NCBI RefSeq assembly: GCF_001598795.1
Contig: NZ_BCZP01000015.1
Span: 60,001-92,000 of the forward strand
Direction: 5' to 3'
Length of the DNA stretch: 32,000 bases
From: Delftia acidovorans NBRC 14950
Lineage (GTDB): Bacteria; Pseudomonadota; Gammaproteobacteria; Burkholderiales; Burkholderiaceae_C
Part shown: piece by piece, positions 18,804 through 25,950 of the stretch
Layout of the letters: every line of letters starts with the position of its first letter
Numbering within the stretch: the stretch's first letter is position 1
Notes under the pieces: generated by a model
What the model saw: the letters and a program-made list of their open reading frames with translations, nothing else
Database searches by the model: none
What the model was told of the DNA's origin: nothing
Translations under genes and position numbers: made by a program

Positions 18804-19223
18804 TCAGCCCAGGGCCGTCTCATGCAGGTAATGCCACAGCACCCCTTGGCCCGCACGTTTGAGGATCACGACTGATCGGCGCGAAGTCTCCACGCCGTCC
18901 AGGCGATGGGTTTCCAGGTAGCGCATGGCCAGGCCGGCCGCGTCCCGCCATACGGGCTGCATGTCGGAGACGGATATCTCCAGCCCTGGCCGCTGGCCGG
19001 CCGCGCGCCGGAACATCTGTTCCACATCGTCCAGGCCGACGAGCCTGCCCGTGGTGGTCACCATGCTGAACTCCGGGCTGAACTGGGGCATCAGCGCCTG
19101 CAGCGCTTCCTGTGCGCCCGCTGGTTGGGTGAAGACGGTGTGGATCAGCTCGTGCACCCGGTGGATGCTGCGTTCGGCGATGCCGATGTCAATGTCACGG
19201 TCGATGGGCTTGTTGTCTTGCAT
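18804..19223 (-). CDS. DUF4440 / SnoaL-like (NTF2-fold) small protein
   Basis: ATG 19223 gives MQDNKPIDRDIDIGIAERSIHRVHELIHTVF..., a pattern that resembles NTF2-like DUF4440 proteins. It overlaps the 3' end of the upstream MFS gene by 29 nt. Confidence 0.55.
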   Translation of the reverse strand: MQDNKPIDRDIDIGIAERSIHRVHELIHTVFTQPAGAQEALQALMPQFSPEFSMVTTTGRLVGLDDVEQMFRRAAGQRPGLEISVSDMQPVWRDAAGLAMRYLETHRLDGVETSRRSVVILKRAGQGVLWHYLHETALG

Positions 19224-20583
19224 GGTGGTCCTTGAGGGTGTGCAGCGATCGCAGTTGCAGCAGGGGTACAAGCCCTGCCAGCGATGCGATCAGAAACGTC
19301 ATGTGATAGGCCCGGCCTGCGTCCAGGCGGGTGGCGAGCGTGTTGAAAATCATCAGGAAAAACGCGGCGCCCACGCTGAAGGCCATCTGCCGGTTGATGT
19401 TCCAGATCACGCTGGCCTGCTGCGTCTGCCGGCCGTCGAAGTCCAGCAGCGCCGTCGTCTGCGCGGTATTGGCCCCCAGGCCGCCGCCCAGGCCCATCAG
19501 GCCGTAGGCGGCCGCCAGCAGCCAGGGGTCGGCAGGGGCCGCCACGGCGGCCAGCGCCGCAATGCCCAGGCTGTGCAGCACCATGCTGGCGATGAACAGG
19601 GGCCGTGCGCCCGCGCGGTTGTACAGCCGGCCGCCCACCAGCATGGACACCAGGGCGCCGCCTGCGTAGACCATCATGAATCGGCCTGTGGCCTGCGCGC
19701 TCAGGTGCAGCATGTCCTGCAGGTAGAAGATGTTGAGCAGGTTCACGCCCGTGAACACGCCGGGAATGGCGTGGTAGACGGCCACCGACATGCGCAGGCG
19801 CGGGCTTTTGAGCAGTTGCAGTTCCACAATGGGGTGGGCCGTCTTGCGGGCATGGATGGCATACAGCACCGTGAAGGCCAGGCCCGCCGCCATGCCCAGC
19901 CAGGCCAGCGCCAGGCCCTGGCCCGAACCTTGGCCTGCGCCATAGAGCGACATGCCCAGCAGCCAGGCGGCCAGCGCGGCGCTGACCAGCACCAGGCCTT
20001 TGAGGTCCGGCCGCTGCCGGGCCGTGGCCGGTGCATCGCGCACCCACAGCCAGGCCAGGCCTGCGGCGGCCAGGGCCAGCGCAATATTGGAATGGAACAC
20101 CCAGCGCCAGGAGCCGTGGTCCACGATCAGCCCGCCCAGCCAGGGCGAGAGGGCCGGTGCGATCAGCGCCACGGCCATGACCAGCGTGGAGACACGCGCG
20201 CGCTCCGGCCCCTGGAACCGATTGAAGGCCAGGGCCTGGCCCACGGGAATCACCAGCCCGCCCGCCATGCCCTGGATGAAGCGCCAGCCCACCAGCTGGC
20301 CGAAGCTGCCCGCCTCGCCGCAGGCCCAGGCGGCCAGGGCGAAGGCCAGCATGGAGCCCGCCATCAGCCCGCGCGCGCCCCAGCGGTCGGCCAGCCAGGG
20401 GGCGAGGGGAATGGCCAGCGTCAATCCCAGCATGTAGGCATTGGCCACCCAGGCCCCGGTCGAGATGCCCACATGGAACTCGGCCGCAATCGTGGGCAGC
20501 GCGACGGCGGGCATGAAGATGTTGATGCAGTCGACGAAGAAACCCATCAGGAAAACGGTGGCCAGGCGGTATCGGTATGTCAT
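19195..20583 (-). CDS. MFS transporter (DHA2/EmrB-like, about 14 TM)
   Basis: 462 aa. Motif A-like LADRWGARGLMAGSM, then RFIQGMAGGLVIPVGQAL, with many TM segments. Confidence 0.8.
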   Translation of the reverse strand: MTYRYRLATVFLMGFFVDCINIFMPAVALPTIAAEFHVGISTGAWVANAYMLGLTLAIPLAPWLADRWGARGLMAGSMLAFALAAWACGEAGSFGQLVGWRFIQGMAGGLVIPVGQALAFNRFQGPERARVSTLVMAVALIAPALSPWLGGLIVDHGSWRWVFHSNIALALAAAGLAWLWVRDAPATARQRPDLKGLVLVSAALAAWLLGMSLYGAGQGSGQGLALAWLGMAAGLAFTVLYAIHARKTAHPIVELQLLKSPRLRMSVAVYHAIPGVFTGVNLLNIFYLQDMLHLSAQATGRFMMVYAGGALVSMLVGGRLYNRAGARPLFIASMVLHSLGIAALAAVAAPADPWLLAAAYGLMGLGGGLGANTAQTTALLDFDGRQTQQASVIWNINRQMAFSVGAAFFLMIFNTLATRLDAGRAYHMTFLIASLAGLVPLLQLRSLHTLKDHHARQQAHRP

Positions 20584-20672
20584 CTTGCGCTTTCAGGAGG
20601 GGCAAGACTAAAGAGCGCGGGCGGCCACGTCGATGGGGCTATGCTGGACTCTTTGTTTGACTGGATTGAACA

Positions 20673-21584
20673 ATGACCCCCACAAGCCCGGCCATGCACA
20701 CGCTGCTCCACCGCGCGCAGACGTTTCTGGCCGTTGTGGATTTCGGCTCCTACACCAGGGCGGCGGACTTTCTGGGCATCAGCAAGGCCATGGCCAGCCT
20801 GCACGTCAAGGCGCTGGAAGAGGCGCTGTCGGTGGCCCTGCTGGTGCGCAACACCCGCAGCATCGCCCTGACGGAAACCGGGCGGGAGTTCTACGACGAG
20901 TTCAAGGGCATCGTCCGCGACGTGGGCAGCGCCTTCGACAACGCCATGCACAGCGGCAACCGCATCGCGGGCCGGCTGCGCATCAGCACCACCAGCGAAT
21001 ACGGGGAGAAGTACATTCTTCCGCTGATCCCGGCCTTCCTGGAGCGCTACCCGGGCATCTCGGTGGCCTATGACGTCAACTCTTCGCTGAGCGACCTGGT
21101 GGCCGAAAAGCTGGACCTGGTCGTGCGCCTGGGCCATCTGGCGGACTCCAGCTTCAAAAGCCGCAGGCTGGCCGGCTACGACATCGTGCTGGTGGCCTCG
21201 GCCGCCTTCCTGCGCAGCCATCCCGTGCGCCGGCCCGAAGACCTGGCAGACCTGCCCTGGATTGCCAACAGCAACCTCACCCACCCCACGGCCTGGACGC
21301 TGCGCACTGCCGGTGGCCAGGGCGTGGACGTGGTGGGCCGGGCGGCCCACCAATCCAACTCCTCCACCGCCATCCGCGCCCTGGCCCGGTCCTCGCTGGG
21401 CGTGGCCGTGCTGCCTGCGTGGTTTGTGGAGGACGACCTGGCCGACGGCGTGCTGCAGCGCGTGCTGCCCGACCACGCCCTGCCGCCCCAGCCCATCAGC
21501 GTGGTCTTTCCCGACAGCAGCCACCTGCCGCGCAAGACCCGTGTGTTCATCGACTTCCTGTGCGAGCACCTGGGCCGGGATTGA
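20673..21584 (+). CDS. LysR-family transcriptional regulator
   Basis: N-terminal HTH (FLAVVDFGSYTRAADFLGISKAMASLHVKALEEAL) plus a LysR substrate-binding domain. Divergent from the MFS operon. ATG 20694 is an alternative start. Confidence 0.88.
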   Translation: MTPTSPAMHTLLHRAQTFLAVVDFGSYTRAADFLGISKAMASLHVKALEEALSVALLVRNTRSIALTETGREFYDEFKGIVRDVGSAFDNAMHSGNRIAGRLRISTTSEYGEKYILPLIPAFLERYPGISVAYDVNSSLSDLVAEKLDLVVRLGHLADSSFKSRRLAGYDIVLVASAAFLRSHPVRRPEDLADLPWIANSNLTHPTAWTLRTAGGQGVDVVGRAAHQSNSSTAIRALARSSLGVAVLPAWFVEDDLADGVLQRVLPDHALPPQPISVVFPDSSHLPRKTRVFIDFLCEHLGRD

Positions 21585-21927
21585 GCGCGCGGCTGGCCGG
21601 CCCGCTCTGGTCCCGTTAAACTGCCCGCAAGCCGAAAGGCCCGGTGCGTAGAAACACCTTCCGTTAGGTTGCAGCCCCCACCTTAAAGCGGGGCTTTGTC
21701 ATGCCTTATCTCGTCGGATTGGCGCATTTGCTTGCGCCTGTCCGCATGGTTTCGGGCGTGGTGGGGGCTATCCGCAAGGACGCCCGCACGGCTACGGACG
21801 TGTTTCTAACCACCACGCCCACCTGTTGTGCGTAGAAACTCAACCGGTGGTTTTCTGTGATCTCGTAGGAAAACAGACCATGACCTTCCCCATCCTTGCC
21901 AGCCCCAGCGCTGCGCTTGCCCCTTCC

Positions 21928-21952
21928 AGCCCTCTTCTCTATCAGGAGGGCT
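21928..21952 (+). promoter_or_regulatory. Hairpin that sequesters the Shine-Dalgarno of the 21959 ORF
   Basis: AGCCCTC (21928-21934) pairs perfectly with GAGGGCT (21946-21952) across an 11-nt loop. The 3' arm contains most of the AGGAGG SD (21944-21949), which lies 9 nt before ATG 21959. Confidence 0.5.
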
Positions 21953-21958
21953 GACCCC

Positions 21959-22399
21959 ATGACATCCCGCAAAAACACTGCCGACGCGGCAGTGCAGGCG
22001 CAGCCGTTGCCCAAGCGGCCGCAAGCCGCAAGGCCTTCCGACTGGCCCAGCGCCTGGCAGGCCATGCATGTCTGTCTGGTCGTCATCGAGGGGAGATTGG
22101 TCACCCTGGCCGAGGTCTGTGGCAAAAAGCCCGACCGCAAGGCCCGCCAGTTCGACGTGGAATGCGCGGTGGAGCTGGCGCTGGCGCACATACGCCGCAT
22201 GCGCGCCGACCCGCCGGACAGCCACCAGGCGTTCGAGCAGCAGTGGCACCTGGCGTCCTGCGCCATCGAACTGGCCGATGGCGCCTACCGCTTCCCCCGC
22301 TCGCGCTACGGCCGCCTGCTCAAGCGCACCCGCTGGCATTTCGACCTGCTCAGGGACCTGGTGGAACGTGTGGAGTGGCAGCACCGGCGCGGTGGCTGA
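21959..22399 (+). CDS. Hypothetical 146-aa protein, no recognisable family
   Basis: Strong SD AGGAGG and an ATG start. Third-position GC is high across the frame, while the two long antisense ORFs lack start signals. Product MTSRKNTADAAVQAQPLPKRPQAARPSDWPSAWQAMHVCLVVIEGRLVTLAEV... looks helical with no TM. Confidence 0.6.
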   Translation: MTSRKNTADAAVQAQPLPKRPQAARPSDWPSAWQAMHVCLVVIEGRLVTLAEVCGKKPDRKARQFDVECAVELALAHIRRMRADPPDSHQAFEQQWHLASCAIELADGAYRFPRSRYGRLLKRTRWHFDLLRDLVERVEWQHRRGG

Positions 22400-22427
22400 C
22401 TGGCGCAGCGTGGGCCGACTCAGTGGC

Positions 22428-22455
22428 TGCTGCGGCTGGCCAATGGCCCGCAGCA
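22428..22455. terminator. Hairpin between convergent genes (possible bidirectional terminator, no clean U-tract)
   Basis: TGCTGCGG (22428-22435) and CCGCAGCA (22448-22455) with a 12-nt loop, read directly. Confidence 0.4.
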
Positions 22456-22473
22456 ACCGCACGAGGGCAGGCC

Positions 22474-22743
22474 CTAACGCTTGCGTGCCCGCATCCGGGA
22501 GTCGGGCACAGGAGTTGCCGGTCCTTGCTCGGAGACGATCCAGCCCGACAGCCGTGCCGCCAGCATATCGATCTGACCGCTGGGTACGTCGGCAAGCACA
22601 TTGTTGCCGCTGTGGCTCAAGATGCGGCCCCGTGTGGTGGCATCTGTGACGAGCGTGACCACGTCGGCCGCAGACACGGCGGCGTCCTTGGTCTTGCGAA
22701 GGATCACATGGCTCATGAACGGGACTCTAGCGCAAGCGTTCAT
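22474..22743 (-). CDS. Small 89-aa protein coupled to the S8 protease; possible free-standing pro-domain/inhibitor-like (I9-like) partner
   Basis: ATG 22743 overlaps the S8 TGA stop (ATGA). An alternative ATG at 22716 gives 80 aa starting MSHVILRK. GC3 is about 75%. The segment RILSHSGNNVLADVPSGQIDMLAARLSGWIVSE echoes IVHSVSPTGAKLVAVTPQELAALRVEAPGVRAV in the S8 N-terminus. No signal peptide. Confidence 0.55.
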   Translation of the reverse strand: MNACARVPFMSHVILRKTKDAAVSAADVVTLVTDATTRGRILSHSGNNVLADVPSGQIDMLAARLSGWIVSEQGPATPVPDSRMRARKR

Positions 22744-24284
22744 TTGGGCAAGCCTTGGCCTTCAAAATCCCTGGCAAAGCCGGCCACCACACACATGGAG
22801 AAGAACAGGCGCTGGATCTCTATGGCGCGCTGGCGTGTTCGGGCCATGGTGAGGATCTGTGGATTGCGGGATAGCTCGGCAGCCAGCAAGCCACATGCCA
22901 CCGGCGCTGCCATGGAGGTTCCACTCATTGCGCCGTAGCCTGTTCCTGGAAGTGTCGAAACGATGCCAACCCCTGGCGCTGTTGCAATGACTTCCGGCCC
23001 GATGTTGGTGAACTTCGCTGCGTAACGTCGCTTGTGCAGCGAGTCCGCCGTCAGTGCCGTGTACGGGTCCAGTTCGTCCAGGGTCTCCGTGGAGTGGTCG
23101 GGGTAGGTGCCTTTTTCGCCGATGGCGGTGATCGAGATCACTTCCGACCACCGTGCCGGAAACAGCAGCGGCTTGCGTCCGTTGTTGCCGGCTGCGGCAA
23201 TGCAGACTGTGCCGCGGTCGAAAGCCTCCTTGATGGCGTCCCTGACGGCTTCATCGGGTGATGGGGTGCCCAGGCTCAGGTTGATCAGATCGCAACCGTC
23301 TTCCACGGCGGCTTCGATGGCCCGCAGAATGTCGTAGTTCAGCGCACCTCCGCCTGCCTGCGGGAACACACGGTAGGAGTTGAGCGTCGCGGCAGGAGCC
23401 CGGCCGGCATGGTGCCTGGCCGAGCCTTGGCCCCGGCCGGAAACAAGGCCTGCCACATGCGTGCCATGCTCCCCATCACGGGCGCGTGGCGAACCGTCGC
23501 CGGCATCCTTTTCCTGATAGACGAAGGCACGTGATTGCTGCACTGTCAAATCCGGGTGCGTGCCGTCGACGCCAGTGTCCACCACGCCGACAACCACATT
23601 GCGGCCGTCAGTGGCCTTGGGCTTGCCATAGAGGCGCGTGACGAAGTCGTCCTGGCTCAGATCCACTGCATCCAGTTTGACGGTATAGCCATCAACCAGG
23701 GTGATATGGCGCTGCACCAATCCCCAATGGCCAGTGATATCCGCATAGACGGCCAGCACTTCGACCATGGGGCCGTCTTGCAGCTTCAACGTGGCCTCGC
23801 CCTTGGCATTGCTGGTGCTGTCACCGCCCACCCCGGCGGCGAAATCAGTGAATGCCACTACGAGAGCGCCCTGGAGGGGATTGCCTGCCCCGTCTTCGAC
23901 CTTGAGACGCAAAGAGATGCCGGGGCCCGTTTTCGTACTCTTCGCTCGCTTTACCGCTTTCAGCCGTGGGCTGCGCATGAGGTCGTAGACAACCACGGGA
24001 ACCGCGCGAACCCCGGGCGCTTCCACACGCAGGGCCGCAAGTTCCTGGGGCGTCACCGCAACGAGCTTGGCCCCGGTAGGAGAAACCGAATGAACGATAT
24101 CGACCCCTTTCGGGGTGATTTCCATAGTGGCATTCTTGCTGGCTTTCAGGCGGGAGCGCAGTGTGCGGCCAAAGCTTGTGCTTGCCAATCCCAGTGTGGA
24201 CATGGCTTCTGAATGCATGCCACGTACTGGAAGCAATACGTAGTCAGTCTTTTCATCAACCATCATGGTCTTGTGCGTCGTCAT
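22740..24284 (-). CDS. S8-family subtilisin-like serine protease, apparently cytoplasmic (no signal peptide)
   Basis: SD GGGAGAG precedes ATG 24284. Catalytic motifs are VVDTGVDGTHPDL (Asp236), HGTHVAG (His273), AAAGNNG (Asn367) and SGTSMAAP (Ser456). The N-terminus MTTHKTMMVDEKTDYVLLPVRG is polar. The N-terminal ~100 aa look pro-domain-like and residues ~120-205 look like an Ig/CarboxypepD_reg-like insert. GC is lower than the flanks. Confidence 0.88.
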   Translation of the reverse strand: MTTHKTMMVDEKTDYVLLPVRGMHSEAMSTLGLASTSFGRTLRSRLKASKNATMEITPKGVDIVHSVSPTGAKLVAVTPQELAALRVEAPGVRAVPVVVYDLMRSPRLKAVKRAKSTKTGPGISLRLKVEDGAGNPLQGALVVAFTDFAAGVGGDSTSNAKGEATLKLQDGPMVEVLAVYADITGHWGLVQRHITLVDGYTVKLDAVDLSQDDFVTRLYGKPKATDGRNVVVGVVDTGVDGTHPDLTVQQSRAFVYQEKDAGDGSPRARDGEHGTHVAGLVSGRGQGSARHHAGRAPAATLNSYRVFPQAGGGALNYDILRAIEAAVEDGCDLINLSLGTPSPDEAVRDAIKEAFDRGTVCIAAAGNNGRKPLLFPARWSEVISITAIGEKGTYPDHSTETLDELDPYTALTADSLHKRRYAAKFTNIGPEVIATAPGVGIVSTLPGTGYGAMSGTSMAAPVACGLLAAELSRNPQILTMARTRQRAIEIQRLFFSMCVVAGFARDFEGQGLPK

Positions 24285-24715
24285 ATTGATCTCTCTCCCT
24301 CATTGCATGGCCATTGAAGTTGAGGATTTTGATCAACCCAAGGGAATGCAATAAGGAATGCCCGGGATTTTCATGGGTATTTCATGGTGCAACGCAATTT
24401 CTTGTATTGAGGGTGCAATGGGGTTCCTGACTTTTGCCGGTCTATTTCTGCTGCAAATATGAAAACATCCAATGCATGGGAAATGCCAGAAGTGAGTTGC
24501 CTGCTGGAGTTCCTGTTGCAAGGCACGTCAATGGAGCTGTAGGCATCAATGTCTTCTCTTCCCTATGGGGGAATGCTGGAACGCGGCATGCCCCGGGCCC
24601 TGCAAGAGGAAGGCAGGCATGGAGACCATGTGAGTCCTCGCGGGCTTCTTGGAACGGAATCCACGCAGCCGATGGCCGGCGGATAGGTTCAGCCGTTTTG
24701 CCGGTCCAGCCGAAT

Positions 24716-25942
24716 TTAGGCCAGCGGCAGCCGCAGCACGAAGCAGGCGCCCGGCTGGCCGTCGGCGCGGCCCTCGCAGTGCACGCTGCCGCCGTGGCGC
24801 TGGGCGATGGAGCGCACCAGGGCCAGGCCCAGGCCCACGCCGCCCGAGCGCTCGCTGGCGCCGGGCAGGCGAAAGAACTTCTCGAAGATGCGCTCGCGGT
24901 GGGCCGGGGCCACGCCGGGACCATGGTCGCAGACGCGGATCTCGGCCATGGCGTCCTGGCGCGCCAGCTCCAGCGTGATGGCGCCCTGGCTGTAGCGGCG
25001 CGCGTTCTCCAGCAGGTTGCGCACGGCGCGGCGCAGCAGCTTGGAGATGCCGGGCACTTCCAGCGCGTCGGTGGACTGCAGGTCCAGGTCGGCATCCACG
25101 CGCGCGCATTCCTCGGCGGCCAGGCCGATCAGGTCCACGGGCTCGATCGTGCCCACGTCGCCTTCATAGGTCTCCAGCCGGCTGGCCAGCAGGATCTCGT
25201 CCACCAGTTGGTCCAGCTCGCTGATGTTGCGCTGGATCTCGGCGCGCGCGCGGGCGCTGGCGGGGTCGTCGCCCATGAATTCCAGGCCCATGCGGATGCG
25301 CGTCAGCGGCGAGCGCAGCTCGTGCGAGGCATTGGCCAGCAGCGATTTGTGCGAGGTCACCAGGGTCTCGATGCGCGCGGCGGCGGCGTTGAACTGGTGG
25401 GCCAGGTCGGCCACCTCGTCGCTGCCGTGCTCGGGCACGCGCACCGACAGGTCGCCCTCGCCAAAGCGCTTGACGCCGCGCTGCAGATTCTCCAGCCGCT
25501 TGAGCAGGCGGCGGATGATGGGGAACACGCCCACGGCCACGGCCACGCCCACCAGGCCCAGCAGCCACAGAAAGCCGAAGGGCGGGCGCAGCCAGAAGGC
25601 GGCTGCGCCGTCGTGCGGCGGGCGGTCACCGCGCGGCGGGCGCGGCGCCATGTGCAGCATGTAGGTCTGGCCGTCCGTGCCTTCGATCTCGAAGCGCAGC
25701 CCCTCCTCAGGCGGGCCGGGCACGCGCCGCGCACGGCCCTGGGCGATCACGTTGCCCTGGCCGTCGCGCATGGCCACGTCGCGCGAGGGCGGCGAGCTGG
25801 CGCTTTGCACGTTCTGCGCGTTCTGCTCGGCCGCGATCTGCCAGGCCCATGCCACCGTCAGCGTGAGCACGGCCACGCCGCCCACCACGGCCAGCCAGAT
25901 GCGCAGGTACAGGCGCTGGGAGAAGAGGGACAGCAGCTTCAT
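24716..25942 (-). CDS. Sensor histidine kinase (2 TM, HAMP, HisKA, HATPase_c)
   Basis: H-box SHELRSPLTRI, N-box LLENARRYS, G-boxes DHGPGV and GGVGLGLALV. Confidence 0.88.
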   Translation of the reverse strand: MKLLSLFSQRLYLRIWLAVVGGVAVLTLTVAWAWQIAAEQNAQNVQSASSPPSRDVAMRDGQGNVIAQGRARRVPGPPEEGLRFEIEGTDGQTYMLHMAPRPPRGDRPPHDGAAAFWLRPPFGFLWLLGLVGVAVAVGVFPIIRRLLKRLENLQRGVKRFGEGDLSVRVPEHGSDEVADLAHQFNAAAARIETLVTSHKSLLANASHELRSPLTRIRMGLEFMGDDPASARARAEIQRNISELDQLVDEILLASRLETYEGDVGTIEPVDLIGLAAEECARVDADLDLQSTDALEVPGISKLLRRAVRNLLENARRYSQGAITLELARQDAMAEIRVCDHGPGVAPAHRERIFEKFFRLPGASERSGGVGLGLALVRSIAQRHGGSVHCEGRADGQPGACFVLRLPLA

Positions 25943-25950
25943 TCGCTTGG

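Noticed and set aside
21600-21860. Retron msr/msd, or a type III toxin-antitoxin (ToxI-like) repeat RNA
   Set aside because: No reverse transcriptase ORF is anywhere nearby. The repeats are 184 nt apart rather than tandem 34-36-nt units. The downstream 146-aa protein shows no ToxN/AbiQ-like features that I can recognise.
22740-24284. IetAS (Gao_Iet) defence system, or a gasdermin/protease pair
   Set aside because: Only the S8 component is present. There is no AAA ATPase (IetA) and no ~250-aa gasdermin-like ORF adjacent, so the locus cannot be assigned to those systems.
21701-24521. Lanthipeptide/RiPP cluster (S8 as a LanP-like leader peptidase, Thr/Cys-rich 44-aa ORF or Cys-rich 62-aa ORF as precursor)
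   Set aside because: No LanB/LanC/LanM/LanT-type or other modification or export genes are present. The 62-aa ORF (24333..24521 -) starts with TTG, has no SD and has AT-rich non-genic composition. The 44-aa ORF has a weak SD and sub-par GC3.
24459-24542. 27-aa plus-strand ORF (MKTSNAWEMPEVSCLLEFLLQGTSMEL) in the AT-rich region
   Set aside because: It has no SD, is very short and has no supporting context. Such an ORF is expected by chance in AT-rich DNA.
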